Program-made: the position numbers and the translations under genes
Part shown: in pieces, positions 39,911 to 49,644 of the stretch
Position numbering within the stretch: position 1 is the stretch's first letter
Layout: every line of letters starts with the position of its first letter
Assembly (NCBI GenBank): GCA_016218805.1
Contig: JACRCW010000035.1
Location: 1-64,000 of the forward strand
DNA length: 64,000 nt
Direction: 5' to 3'
From: Deltaproteobacteria bacterium
GTDB lineage: Bacteria > Myxococcota > JACRCW01
The notes under the pieces: generated by a model
Told to the model about the DNA's origin: nothing
Database searches by the model: none
Seen by the model: only the letters and a program-made list of their open reading frames with translations

Positions 39911-39933
39911 ACACGTTTGAACTCGTGCTGGGC

Positions 39934-39975
39934 CGCGCGCCCCGGTGGACAACCCGCCGGGGCGCGCGCGTTTGT
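39934..39975 (+). terminator. Probable intrinsic terminator
   Basis: 15-bp stem CGCGCGCCCCGGTGG / CCGCCGGGGCGCGCG (one G-U), 5-nt loop, then CGTTTGT. Confidence 0.65.
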
Positions 39976-40016
39976 GGGACCTTGCGCACGCCCACGCGTC
40001 GCGGCCACAACAACGT

Positions 40017-41483
40017 ATGCGCACCCGTTCCGTCCTGCTCCTGCTGCTTGCGGCACCGCCCACGTGGGCCCGCACCGTCCCCGTGCAGGACACCGCGTCG
40101 CTGCAGGCCGCCATTGCCGCGGCGTTGGCCGGTGACGAAATCCTCCTGGCAGACGGAACGTACCCATCAGGGAACATCAGCTGTTCCGCGGCCGGGACGG
40201 AGAGCGCGCCCATCGTGGTGCGGGCAGCCAACCCCTTGGGTGCGTCCATTCGCTTCAGTGGCGTGGAGGGGTTCAAGGTGTCCGGGCCGCAGTGGCACTT
40301 CATTGACCTGGACATCCAGGGCACCTGCGCGGTGGATGATGACTGCGAACACGCGTTTCACGTCACTGGCGCCGCGGACGGCTTCATCATGCGTGGCAAC
40401 CGCGTGCGCGACTTCAACGCGCAGCTCAAGGTCAACGCCGCGCAGGTGAACGGCGCCTGGCGCACGCCCAACAACGGCGTCATCGAATACAACGACCTCG
40501 GCGACACGCGCGGCCGCGTCACCGCCAACCCGGTCACCAAGCTGAACATCGACACGGGCGACGACTGGATCATCCGCGGCAATGTGCTGCATGACTTCTT
40601 CAAGGACGGTGGCAACGGGATTTCCTACGGCGCGTTCATGAAGAGCGGCGGGCACCGCGGGCTGTTTGAACGCAACCTGGTGCTGTGCGCGCGCGACGTG
40701 CCGACGGGTGGGGTGCGCATCGGGTTGTCGTTTGGCGGTGGCGGCACGGCGCCGCAATACTGCGCACCAGCGTTTGACGCGGCCACGCCGTGCAGCGTGG
40801 AGCACCACGACGGCACCGCCCGCAACAACATCCTGGCCAACTGCTCCGACGTGGGCATCTACGTGAACCGCGGGGCCAACACCTCCGTGCTGCACAACAC
40901 GCTCATTGCCACCTCCGGCGTGGACTTCCGCTTTGACACCACGACAGGCCGCGCGGTGGGCAACCTGATGGGCGGCGCCCTCCGCGCGCGCGACGGCGCC
41001 GTCTTCACGGACACCGGGAACGTGACGGGCGTGACCCAGGCAACCTTTGATGCTGCGTACCGGCTGCCGCACCAGGGGGACCTGGCGCTGGCCGGCAGCG
41101 TGGCGGCCTGGGTGGGTGCCGGCAACGCACTGGCTGATGTGCCGGATGACTACTGCGCGCGGACGCGACCGTCCGGGACCGTGACCGTGGGGGCGCTGGA
41201 GCACGCACTGGGCAGCTGCGCCACGGTCCCGCCGCCGCGGTCCGCGGGCGCGGCACCCGCGTCGTCCGGCGCGGGTTCGTCCGCGGCTCCGGCCTCCTCC
41301 GCGGGGACCTCCGCGTCCTCTGCCGCCCCCGCCAGCGCCCCCGCCGCGTTGGCGCCACCGCCGGCCGGTGCGTCCGGGTGCCTGTGTGGCACGCCCGCGC
41401 CGGGCCCCCCCGCCGCCCTGGTGCTTCCCGGCCTGCTGGCCTGGATGCGCCGCCGGCGGGCTGCGGCAACGCTTCTTAACTAA
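40017..41483 (+). CDS. Secreted right-handed beta-helix protein (chondroitinase B/pectate lyase-like) with MYXO-CTERM-like anchor
   Basis: Signal peptide; AGDEILLADGTY; Asn ladders; A/S/P linker; SGCLCG + hydrophobic stretch + RRRR. Confidence 0.8.
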   Translation: MRTRSVLLLLLAAPPTWARTVPVQDTASLQAAIAAALAGDEILLADGTYPSGNISCSAAGTESAPIVVRAANPLGASIRFSGVEGFKVSGPQWHFIDLDIQGTCAVDDDCEHAFHVTGAADGFIMRGNRVRDFNAQLKVNAAQVNGAWRTPNNGVIEYNDLGDTRGRVTANPVTKLNIDTGDDWIIRGNVLHDFFKDGGNGISYGAFMKSGGHRGLFERNLVLCARDVPTGGVRIGLSFGGGGTAPQYCAPAFDAATPCSVEHHDGTARNNILANCSDVGIYVNRGANTSVLHNTLIATSGVDFRFDTTTGRAVGNLMGGALRARDGAVFTDTGNVTGVTQATFDAAYRLPHQGDLALAGSVAAWVGAGNALADVPDDYCARTRPSGTVTVGALEHALGSCATVPPPRSAGAAPASSGAGSSAAPASSAGTSASSAAPASAPAALAPPPAGASGCLCGTPAPGPPAALVLPGLLAWMRRRRAAATLLN

Positions 41484-41520
41484 ACATCCGTTTGACACGG
41501 CTTCCCGGGTTCGTTACGCA
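41482..41520 (+). promoter_or_regulatory. tetR promoter (-35 TTGACA) with overlapping operator AAACATCCGTTT
   Basis: TTGACA at 41492-41497; imperfect palindrome 41482-41493; weak -10; probably leaderless. Confidence 0.6.
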
Positions 41521-41527
41521 GGGACCC

Positions 41528-42148
41528 ATGGCACGGCCCGCCAACGTGGACGCGGCAGTCACGCGCGAGCGCATCCTGGACGCGGCGCTGGACCTGTTTG
41601 CGGAGAAGGGCTTCTACGGGACCACCATGCGGCAGATTGGCGCCGCGGCGGGCATCACCGGCGGGGCGCTGTATCACCACTTTGACAGCAAGGAGGCCAT
41701 CCTGCTGACGCTGCTGGAGCGCACCAAGACGCTGGTGCTGAGCCGTGCGCCGCTGCAGGTGATGACCGGCCGGCTCCCGCCGCTGCCCGCGCTGTTCAAG
41801 CGGATGACGGAGGGCATGCTGGACGTGTTTGACCTGCCCGTCCACAAGAAGTTCTTCCGCATTGTCATGGCGGACGGACTGCGGCTGATGCAGCAGGGCA
41901 CGCTCACCCACGCCATTCCGCTGGAGCCGCGCGCGGCCATTGCCGGGCTGATGCAGCGCCTGATGGACGAACGGCGCATCCGGAAGACCAGCGTGGACTC
42001 CGCGGCGCTGGCGTTCCTGGGGCCGCTGCTGGCGTACCGGCAGTTCTGCATGGTGTGGGGCGTTCCCTTCTACGAACGGCCGATGAGCCGCGTGGCGTTT
42101 GTGAAGGGGCACGTGGAGAACCTGGTGCGCGCGCTGTCACCCCGGTGA
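41528..42148 (+). CDS. TetR/AcrR family regulator
   Basis: TRERILDAALDLFAEKGFYGTTMRQIG..ALYHHFDSKE. Confidence 0.95.
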   Translation: MARPANVDAAVTRERILDAALDLFAEKGFYGTTMRQIGAAAGITGGALYHHFDSKEAILLTLLERTKTLVLSRAPLQVMTGRLPPLPALFKRMTEGMLDVFDLPVHKKFFRIVMADGLRLMQQGTLTHAIPLEPRAAIAGLMQRLMDERRIRKTSVDSAALAFLGPLLAYRQFCMVWGVPFYERPMSRVAFVKGHVENLVRALSPR

Positions 42149-42161
42149 GGGTGCAGGAACA

Positions 42162-42172
42162 AAACGGATGTT
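42162..42172. promoter_or_regulatory. Second copy of the putative TetR operator
   Basis: AAACGGATGTT is the exact reverse complement of 41483-41493. Confidence 0.6.
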
Positions 42173-42190
42173 CAACGCGGGAGCGGGCAG

Positions 42191-43405
42191 ATGGGCAGGC
42201 TGGTGGGATTGGCAGCGCGCAACCTGGCCCGGAACCGGCGGCGCACGCTGCTCACGCTGGCCGCGCTTGCGGTGGGTGTGATGGCGGTGGTGGGCGTGCG
42301 CGGCTTCCTCAACGGGCTGCAGGGGATGCTGATCGGGGGCGTCGCGGAGGGCACCATTGGACCGGTGCTGGTGCACCGCACCGGCTACCTGCAGAGCATG
42401 GAGAGCAATCCGCTCACACCCAACATCTTGCTCACGCCTGACCTGCTGGCCAGGCTGCGCGCGGTGCCCGGCGTCACGGCGGTGTCCCCGCGGCTGGGCT
42501 TTGCCGGCATGGCCAGCGTGGGTGATGAAACGGTGTTTGCCATCATCTCCGCCGTGGACGAGTCGCAGGAACCCACCGTGTGCCCGCGCCGGCGCGAGTA
42601 CCTGGCTGAGGGCGACTGGCTGCAGCCCGGCCGGGACGACGCGGTGATGGGGATGGAGATTGCGCGTGGCGTGGGCGCCAAGGCCGGGGCGCGCCTGGCG
42701 CTCATCAGCGGTGACGCGGAAGGAGTGATGAACGCGGTGGACGTCACGGTGCGCGGGTTCTCCGCCGCCGCCGCGCAGATGGAGCGCCGCAGCGTGGTGA
42801 TCCCGCTGCGCAAGGGCCAGGAGCTGCTGCGCCTGGAAGGGCGCGCCACGGAGATCGCCCTGGGCGTGACGGACCTCTCTGACGTGGAGGCCGTGCGGGA
42901 CCGCGTGGCGGCGGTGGTGGGACCGGGATTTGAGGTGAGCACGTGGAAGGACGTGGCCACCACGGTGCGCGACGTGCAGGCGACGCAGAACGCGGCGCTG
43001 GACCTCATCACGTTCATCTTCATGGCCATCATGCTGATGGGCATTGCCAACACGCTGTTGATGAGCGTGCTGGAGCGCGTGCGTGAGATTGGCACCATGC
43101 TGGCCGTGGGCACACGCCGGCGGCAGATCCTGGGATTGTTCCTGTGGGAGGCGCTGATGCTGGGCGTGCTGGGCGCCACGCTGGGTGCGCTGTTGGGGTT
43201 TGGCGTGGTGCAGCTGCTGGCGGTGAAGGGTGTGATGCTGCAGCCGCCGGGAGCCAGCCTGCCGCAGAAGATCATCCCGGTCATTCACGTCGTATTCATG
43301 GTGCGCATGGTGGCGCTGTCCGCGGCGGGCGCCGCGGTGGCGGCGGTGTATCCCGCGTGGAAGGCCGCCGGTTTGCGCCCGGTGCAGGCGCTTGCAGCGG
43401 TGTGA
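42191..43405 (+). CDS. ABC permease, LolC/E-MacB (FtsX) family
   Basis: RNLARNRRRTLLT, NTLLMSVLERVREIGTMLAVG, YPAWKAA. Confidence 0.92.
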   Translation: MGRLVGLAARNLARNRRRTLLTLAALAVGVMAVVGVRGFLNGLQGMLIGGVAEGTIGPVLVHRTGYLQSMESNPLTPNILLTPDLLARLRAVPGVTAVSPRLGFAGMASVGDETVFAIISAVDESQEPTVCPRRREYLAEGDWLQPGRDDAVMGMEIARGVGAKAGARLALISGDAEGVMNAVDVTVRGFSAAAAQMERRSVVIPLRKGQELLRLEGRATEIALGVTDLSDVEAVRDRVAAVVGPGFEVSTWKDVATTVRDVQATQNAALDLITFIFMAIMLMGIANTLLMSVLERVREIGTMLAVGTRRRQILGLFLWEALMLGVLGATLGALLGFGVVQLLAVKGVMLQPPGASLPQKIIPVIHVVFMVRMVALSAAGAAVAAVYPAWKAAGLRPVQALAAV

Positions 43406-43415
43406 GGAGGCGCGG

Positions 43416-44639
43416 ATGTGGACGTTTCTTTCCCTGGCCTTCCGCGGACTGGTGCGCAACCGGGGGCGCAGCCTGCTCACGCTGTTGGCCATCACCGTTG
43501 GGGTGGGCGTGGTGATCTTTGGCTCCGCGTTTGGTGAGGGCGTGGTGGACACCATGGTGCAGCAGGTGGTGAACGCGCGCGCGGGTGCGCTGCAGGTGCA
43601 CCGCAAGGGCTACATGGACAGCATGGATGCCGCGCCGTTGAAGCTGGACCTGCCGGATTCCGGCGCGGTGCTGGAGGCCACGCGGTCCACGCCGGGCGTG
43701 CGCGCCGTGACCCGGAGAATCCGCTTTGGCGGCATGCTCAACAACGGCACGCGCTCCTCCATGGTGATGGGTGCCGGGCTGGACCCGGTGGAGGAGTTTG
43801 CGGTGTGCCCGGACCGGCGCGCGGAGGTTCCGGAGACGGGCACGCACGTGCGGGCGGACGCGGACCACGGCGCCGTGCTGGGCGGCGAGCTGGCACGTTC
43901 CTACGGCGTCAAACCGGGGGACACGCTCACCGTGACGGCCGCGGGGCGCGAAGGCGCGGTGAACGCGCTGGATATTGACGTGGTGGGACTGACACGCGGT
44001 GCGGCCGCGTTGGAGAGCAAGCGCCAGCTGATGGTCCCACTGTCCCACGCGCAGGGCCTGCTGGGGATGCCCGGCCGCGTGACGGAATACGTCGTGGCGG
44101 TGGATGACCTGCGCCAGCTCCACGACGTGCAGGCGCGCCTGTCCGCGCGGCTGGGACCCGAGTACGAAGTGCACAGCTGGGAGCAGGTGATGCCGTTCCT
44201 GTACGGCACGGTGGGCCGCATGCGGATGATCCTCGGCGGCGTGTCGCTGGTGCTGTTTGTGATGGTGGTGTTTGGCGTGATCAACACCATGCTCATGAGC
44301 GTGTATGAACGCGTCCGCGAGATTGGCACCATGCTGGCGGTGGGGATGCGGCGCGGGCAGGTGCTGCGGTTGTTCCTGCTGGAGGCGGCGGCGCTCGGTC
44401 TGGTTGGCGGCGGGCTGGGCGCGGTGCTGGGGCTGGCGGCCACGCTGTATTACTCCGGTGCGGGAATCGTGATTTCGCCGCCGGGGTCCGTGGTGCAGCA
44501 GGTGGTCAGGCCGGAGGCCAGCCCCGCGGTGGCACTTGCGGCGGTGGCGGTGGCCATGGTTGGAGCGTTGCTGGCGGCGGCGTACCCCGCCGCGCGGGCG
44601 GCACGGATGAACCCGGTGGATGCGTTGCGGACGGTGTGA
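43416..44639 (+). CDS. ABC permease, LolC/E-MacB (FtsX) family, paralog
   Basis: GAGGAGG RBS; RNRGRSLLT, NTMLMSVYERVREIGTM, YPAARAARMNPVDALR. Confidence 0.92.
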   Translation: MWTFLSLAFRGLVRNRGRSLLTLLAITVGVGVVIFGSAFGEGVVDTMVQQVVNARAGALQVHRKGYMDSMDAAPLKLDLPDSGAVLEATRSTPGVRAVTRRIRFGGMLNNGTRSSMVMGAGLDPVEEFAVCPDRRAEVPETGTHVRADADHGAVLGGELARSYGVKPGDTLTVTAAGREGAVNALDIDVVGLTRGAAALESKRQLMVPLSHAQGLLGMPGRVTEYVVAVDDLRQLHDVQARLSARLGPEYEVHSWEQVMPFLYGTVGRMRMILGGVSLVLFVMVVFGVINTMLMSVYERVREIGTMLAVGMRRGQVLRLFLLEAAALGLVGGGLGAVLGLAATLYYSGAGIVISPPGSVVQQVVRPEASPAVALAAVAVAMVGALLAAAYPAARAARMNPVDALRTV

Positions 44640-44667
44640 GAGCACCCGTCCGCGCCAGGAGGTTGAC

Positions 44668-45396
44668 ATGCGTTCAGCTTGGTCGGTGGCAGTGATGGTG
44701 GGGATGGCGGGACCGGCGCTGGCGGCGGAGCCTGACGCGGCCACGCTGCTCAGGCGGTACGACGAGGTGATGGGCCCGGCGTTCTTTGAGATGGACACCT
44801 CCATGACGGCGCACCGCGAGGACGGCAGCACGCGCACCTACAAGATGCGGGTCCTCAAGAGCGGCACGGAGAAACTGCGCGTGACGTTCAGCGAACCCAG
44901 TTCCGCCAAGGGCCAGGAGATGCTGCGCAACGGCGACAACCTGTGGCTGTATATGCCCAACCTCAAGCGCAGCGTGCGCATTGCCAGCCGGGACAGCTTC
45001 ATGGGCGGGGACTTCAACAACGCTGACGTGCTGCGCGTGAACTACGAGGCGGACTACACCGGCAAGCTCACCACGCCCTCCACCATCCCCAACACCTATC
45101 AGCTGGAACTCAAGGCCAAGGGCCCGCAGGTGGCTTATGACGTCATCAAACTGTGGATGACCGTGGAGGCCAAGCCGCTGCCGGTGCGCGGGGAGTTCTA
45201 CGCGTCCTCCGGCAAGATGCTACGCAGCGCGCAGTTCAGTGAGGTCAAGGACTTTGGCCAGCTCAAGCGCCCGGCGAAAATCATGATGCGCAACGAACTG
45301 GCCACGCAGCGCTACTCCGAGATGCTGCTGCACACCATGACCGTCAAGGACTCCATGAACCAGCAGCGGTTTGTGCTGGATGACCTGGGGAAGTGA
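44668..45396 (+). CDS. LolA-like outer-membrane lipoprotein-sorting protein
   Basis: AGGAGG RBS; signal peptide; F.EP..KGQEML..DNLWLYMP....RIA..SFMGGDF...D. Confidence 0.85.
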   Translation: MRSAWSVAVMVGMAGPALAAEPDAATLLRRYDEVMGPAFFEMDTSMTAHREDGSTRTYKMRVLKSGTEKLRVTFSEPSSAKGQEMLRNGDNLWLYMPNLKRSVRIASRDSFMGGDFNNADVLRVNYEADYTGKLTTPSTIPNTYQLELKAKGPQVAYDVIKLWMTVEAKPLPVRGEFYASSGKMLRSAQFSEVKDFGQLKRPAKIMMRNELATQRYSEMLLHTMTVKDSMNQQRFVLDDLGK

Positions 45397-45399
45397 GCC

Positions 45400-46968
45400 A
45401 TGCGGCGGACGCGCGTTTCCCTCACGGCGGGCGTGCTGGCGGCGGGCGGGCTGCTGGCCGCGGCGCCCGCGCGCGCGGAGATCACGTACAACGGCTACCT
45501 GTCTGAGCGCCTGCAGGTCACCGCCCCCATGGAGGGGGCGCCCATCTCCACGCGGGACCTCGCCATCCTGCAGTCACTGTCGGAGGCCAACCTGCAGGCG
45601 CGCTTCCGCGGGCTGGATGACAAGCTGACGGTGTACGCGGACCTGTCCGCGTTTGCATCGTTTGCAGGGGGATACGCAGACACGGACCCGGGGGATGGCC
45701 GGCTGCACTTTGTCCCCGAGCACGACGTGGCAAACTACCGCCCGCTGTTTGTCATCTCCGAGGCCTACGCGGGGTACGACTTCTTTGACCACCTCTCCGT
45801 GCTGGCGGGGAAGAAGCGCGTGGTCTGGGGCAGCGGCCAGGCGTGGAACCCGGCGGACATCATCAACCCGCCGCGGGATCCCACCGACCCCAACTTCCAG
45901 CGCGCGGGCACGTACATGCTGAAGGTGGACGCGCCCTTTGAGTTGTTCACGCTGTCCGCGCTGGTGGCGCCCAAGGCGCTCTACACCAACCACGGCATCC
46001 CGTATGCGTTCTTCATGTACCCCGGGCATGACCCGCAGGAGACGGAGAAGAACCCCACGGTGTTCCCCAGCCCGCGTGACGGGCAGATGCACTACGCGGT
46101 GGCGGCGCGGCTGTACGCGCTGATCCTCAACAGCGACCTCAACGCGTGGATCACGTACACCAACCGCTTCAACGACGACCTGGAGAACAAGCCGCGGGTG
46201 GCGTTCAGTTTTTCGCGCTATTTCTTTACGGACTATGAGTTCCACGTTGAGGCACTGGGCCAGCTGGGCAGCGCGCGCACGCACTTCACCAGCGAGTGCG
46301 TGGCGTCCGACGCGTCCGTGGTGGGCTGCCTCAGCTCCGGCACCGCGCTCGCCACGCAGAAGTACCGTGACAGCACGGACTTCTTCCCGCGCCTGCTGTT
46401 TGGCACGCGCGCCATGTTCAAGGACGAAAGCATCCTGAACCTGGAATACCTCTACCAGGCGGATGGCTACACGCCGGACGAGTTCCGCGACGCGATCCGT
46501 TTCCAGCAGCGCGTGGGCAACTTCACGCGTTCCGGGGCCAGCGTGCCCGCGGCTTCCGGGGGCGCGTCGTCGTCGGGTGGGCTGCCCACGCGCTTCTCAT
46601 TTGAGCCGCTGCGGCGCCACTACCTGCTGGTGAACTACCTCAAGTCGCAGATCATGGATGACTTTGCAGTGAACGTGACGTGGATTGCGGCGCTGGAGGA
46701 CGGGAGCAGTTCGCTCAACGGTTTTGCCACGTGGACGGCGCAGCAGTGGCTGACGTTATCCTTGTACGCGTTTCTGCCGCTGCCCTCGCCGGGGCACCTG
46801 TCCCGCATGCACCCGCGTGACCCCCTGGGGGAGCTGGCGCAGCGGCTGGGTGATGACTGGGGCACGCTGGTGCCGCTGGGCGCGGAGGCGGACGGGGACC
46901 GTTTTGGGGAATACGACGCATCGATCTTCCGGGGACGGGTGGTGCTGGAGACCCGGATCTTCTTCTGA
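45400..46968 (+). CDS. Putative outer-membrane beta-barrel protein
   Basis: Signal peptide; EAY..GKKRVVWGSG..NP.D; amphipathic strands; C-terminal Phe. Confidence 0.7.
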   Translation: MRRTRVSLTAGVLAAGGLLAAAPARAEITYNGYLSERLQVTAPMEGAPISTRDLAILQSLSEANLQARFRGLDDKLTVYADLSAFASFAGGYADTDPGDGRLHFVPEHDVANYRPLFVISEAYAGYDFFDHLSVLAGKKRVVWGSGQAWNPADIINPPRDPTDPNFQRAGTYMLKVDAPFELFTLSALVAPKALYTNHGIPYAFFMYPGHDPQETEKNPTVFPSPRDGQMHYAVAARLYALILNSDLNAWITYTNRFNDDLENKPRVAFSFSRYFFTDYEFHVEALGQLGSARTHFTSECVASDASVVGCLSSGTALATQKYRDSTDFFPRLLFGTRAMFKDESILNLEYLYQADGYTPDEFRDAIRFQQRVGNFTRSGASVPAASGGASSSGGLPTRFSFEPLRRHYLLVNYLKSQIMDDFAVNVTWIAALEDGSSSLNGFATWTAQQWLTLSLYAFLPLPSPGHLSRMHPRDPLGELAQRLGDDWGTLVPLGAEADGDRFGEYDASIFRGRVVLETRIFF

Positions 46969-46981
46969 CTGGAGGCGGGCC

Positions 46982-47677
46982 ATGCCGCTGATTCAACTCA
47001 AGGACGTGCACAAGGAGTACCTGCTCGGCGAAAACGTGGTCCACGCGCTCAAGGGCGTGGACATGTCGGTCGAAAAGGGAGAGTTCACCGTCGTGACGGG
47101 CCCGTCCGGCAGCGGCAAGAGCACGCTGCTGAACATCATCGGGTGCCTGGACCGCCTGACGCGCGGTTCGTACAAGTTGGAGGATCAGGAGGTGGGCCAG
47201 ACGGATTTTGATGAACTGGCCGACGTGCGGAACCACAAGATCGGTTTCATCTTTCAGTCCTTCAATCTCATCCCGGTGCTGGACGTATTGGAGAACGTGG
47301 AGTTCCCCTGCCTCATCCGTTCCAAGCCGGAACCGCGCAAGGTCATCCGCGAGCGTGCGCGCCAGGTGGCGGAGGACGTGGGCTTGGGTTCCGTGGTGCA
47401 CCACCGCCCGGACCAACTGTCCGGTGGGCAGCGGCAGCGTGTGGCCATTGCGCGCGCGCTGGTGACGCACCCATCGCTGGTGCTGGCGGACGAGCCCACG
47501 GCAAACCTGGACTCCGTGACAAGCAATCAGATCATTGACCTGATGTTGAAGTTGAATGCGGACAAGGGCGTGACGTTCCTGTTCTCCACGCATGACCCGC
47601 GGGTGACCAAACATGCGCGCCGGGTGTTGTCCATCAGCGACGGGAAGGTCAGCGAGGGCGCGAACGATTCCCATTGA
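46982..47677 (+). CDS. ABC ATP-binding protein, LolD/MacB-type
   Basis: [37 protein letters not shown]. Confidence 0.95.
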   Translation: MPLIQLKDVHKEYLLGENVVHALKGVDMSVEKGEFTVVTGPSGSGKSTLLNIIGCLDRLTRGSYKLEDQEVGQTDFDELADVRNHKIGFIFQSFNLIPVLDVLENVEFPCLIRSKPEPRKVIRERARQVAEDVGLGSVVHHRPDQLSGGQRQRVAIARALVTHPSLVLADEPTANLDSVTSNQIIDLMLKLNADKGVTFLFSTHDPRVTKHARRVLSISDGKVSEGANDSH

Positions 47678-47722
47678 GGAGGAGCCGGTCACCCACCCAT
47701 CCGGCGCCCACTCCGTCTTGCC

Positions 47723-48163
47723 TCACCCAGGCGCGGGCGCACCGCGGCCGAACACGAGCACCTTGGGTCCGTCCTTGAACAGGACCTCCGCCTTGTTCCC
47801 CTCCTTGATCGCCGTCACCAGGCCCAGCCCAAACGTGGGGTGGTCCACCACCTGTTCCAGCGCCAGCACGGCGGAGGGCGCATAGCGGACGTTCTTGGAG
47901 AAATCCCGGTTCTTCATGAGCCGGTCAAAGTCGCTTTCGCGCACCAGGCCGGCGCGTCCGGGCCGGGCAGGCTCACTGGGCTCTCTGCGCGGGCGCGGTG
48001 TTCCGTCGGGTGAGCGGTACACGCGTTCGGTGTGGCACGTGTTGCAGTGGACGCGGGCGGGGACACCGCGCCGGGGGTCCATGGCCAGGATGGTGTGGGC
48101 CAGCAGCAGCTGGCACTTGGTGCAGAACACATCGCATTCACCACCCACCTTGAAGCTTGCCAC
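47723..48163 (-). CDS. Zn-ribbon + Tudor/SH3-like small protein
   Basis: CTKC..CNTC; C-terminal DHPTFGLGLV..KAEVLF; GGAGGA RBS. Confidence 0.75.
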   Translation of the reverse strand: MASFKVGGECDVFCTKCQLLLAHTILAMDPRRGVPARVHCNTCHTERVYRSPDGTPRPRREPSEPARPGRAGLVRESDFDRLMKNRDFSKNVRYAPSAVLALEQVVDHPTFGLGLVTAIKEGNKAEVLFKDGPKVLVFGRGAPAPG

Positions 48164-48175
48164 GCATTCCTCCGT

Positions 48176-49114
48176 TCAGCTGCCCGCATCCGCTGCAGCG
48201 CGGGCCAGGGCGGGGGTCTCGGCCGCAGCGCGGGACACATCCGCCTGGTGCTTCAGTATCACGTGCAGGGTGTCCGCAATGGTGGCTTCGTCCAGCGCGG
48301 GGGCGCCCAGCGCGAGGAGTGCGCGCGCCCAGTCCAGCGTTTCACTGACGGCGGGCGGCTTGCGCAGGTCCAGCGCGCGGAGCTTGTGGATGGCGTTGAC
48401 CACGGATTGACACAGGCGCGCGGGCGCGTCCGGCATGCGCGTGCGGAGGATGGCCAGCTCGCGTTCGCGGGTGGGGTAGTCAATGTAAAGGTGCAGGCAG
48501 CGGCGCTTGAGCGCGTCGGACAATTCGCGCGCGTTGTTGGACGTGAGGATGACCTGCGGGCGTTGCACGGCGCTGATGGTTCCCAGCTCAGGCACGCTGA
48601 TGGTGAAGTCAGACAGCACTTCCAGCAGGAACGCCTCAAACTCCGGGTCCGCCTTGTCTATTTCATCCACCAGCAGCAGCACCGGCTGGGGCGAGGTGAT
48701 GGCGGCCATCAGCGGGCGCGGCAGCAGGAAACGGCGGGAGAAGAACACGTCCTCTTCGCGGCCAATGGCATCCGCCGCGTCCCGCAGCGTGCGGGCGGCG
48801 CCCACCACGTCCTGGATCTTGTCCCGCAGCAGCTGCGTGTACAGCAGCTGCTTGCCGTACTCCCACTCGTACAGGGCCTTCTGCTCGTCGAGCCCCTCGT
48901 AGCACTGCAGGCGGATGAGCCCCAGGCCCTGTACGGTGGCCAGCGCGCGCGCGAGTTCGGTCTTGCCCACGCCGGCGGGTCCCTCCACCAGGATGGGTTT
49001 CCCCAGCGCCACCGACAGGTACGCGGTGAGCGCAATGGACCGGTCCGCGACATACCCGGCCGCACCCAGGCGCGCCTGGGCGTCCGCCACGTCACGCAGC
49101 AGTTCCACGGTCAC
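48176..49114 (-). CDS. MoxR family AAA+ ATPase (CoxD-like)
   Basis: EGPAGVGKT, RLQCYEGLD..ALYEWEY, LVDEIDK, LSDALKRRC. Confidence 0.92.
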   Translation of the reverse strand: MTVELLRDVADAQARLGAAGYVADRSIALTAYLSVALGKPILVEGPAGVGKTELARALATVQGLGLIRLQCYEGLDEQKALYEWEYGKQLLYTQLLRDKIQDVVGAARTLRDAADAIGREEDVFFSRRFLLPRPLMAAITSPQPVLLLVDEIDKADPEFEAFLLEVLSDFTISVPELGTISAVQRPQVILTSNNARELSDALKRRCLHLYIDYPTRERELAILRTRMPDAPARLCQSVVNAIHKLRALDLRKPPAVSETLDWARALLALGAPALDEATIADTLHVILKHQADVSRAAAETPALARAAADAGS

Positions 49115-49644
49115 GGTGCGCCTTCCAGGCAGCGCTGCATGAGCGCCGCGAGCACGCCTCCCACGTCACCCTGCGGGGGCACGGTCGCATTCCTCCCGTC
49201 CGTCACCAAGCTCACGGTGCGCCCGTCCGTGTCCACGGCGGACAGCGTGGTGGTGCCAATGTCCGGGATGTTGCCGGGGCGCGGGGCCGGCCGGGCGGTG
49301 AACGTAGCGTCCTTCACCAGTGCGTCCCGCAGCGCCTGCTTGTCGGCCGCGGACAGTGCCCCCGTGTGCGTCACCGCGGTCCCGTCAACAGGGACGCGCG
49401 TGCACCGGACGGTGTCATCCTGCATCACGTCCAACCGGTGCAGCTTGTGCGGCCCGTACGCGCCGCGCTCGTCCAGGGAGACCCAGGCGCCGGCGGCCAG
49501 GCCCGGCGCGGGCAGGTTCTCCGCCGCCCTCCCCGCGGCGGGAGCGGTGCTCTCCGACGACGATTGGGGCGCCTTCTCCGCGCCCTTCTCCGACGCGCAC
49601 GCCAGCGACAACACCACCACCGCCCATCCCGCGTTCCGCTTCAT
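49111..49644 (-). CDS. Hypothetical lipoprotein
   Basis: Lipobox SLAC; 4-bp overlaps with both neighbours. Confidence 0.6.
   Translation of the reverse strand: MKRNAGWAVVVLSLACASEKGAEKAPQSSSESTAPAAGRAAENLPAPGLAAGAWVSLDERGAYGPHKLHRLDVMQDDTVRCTRVPVDGTAVTHTGALSAADKQALRDALVKDATFTARPAPRPGNIPDIGTTTLSAVDTDGRTVSLVTDGRNATVPPQGDVGGVLAALMQRCLEGAP

Noticed and set aside
39908..39920. TGAACACGTTTGA as a third TetR operator
   Set aside because: Spacer is 2 nt shorter than the two exact copies, and it overlaps a stop codon
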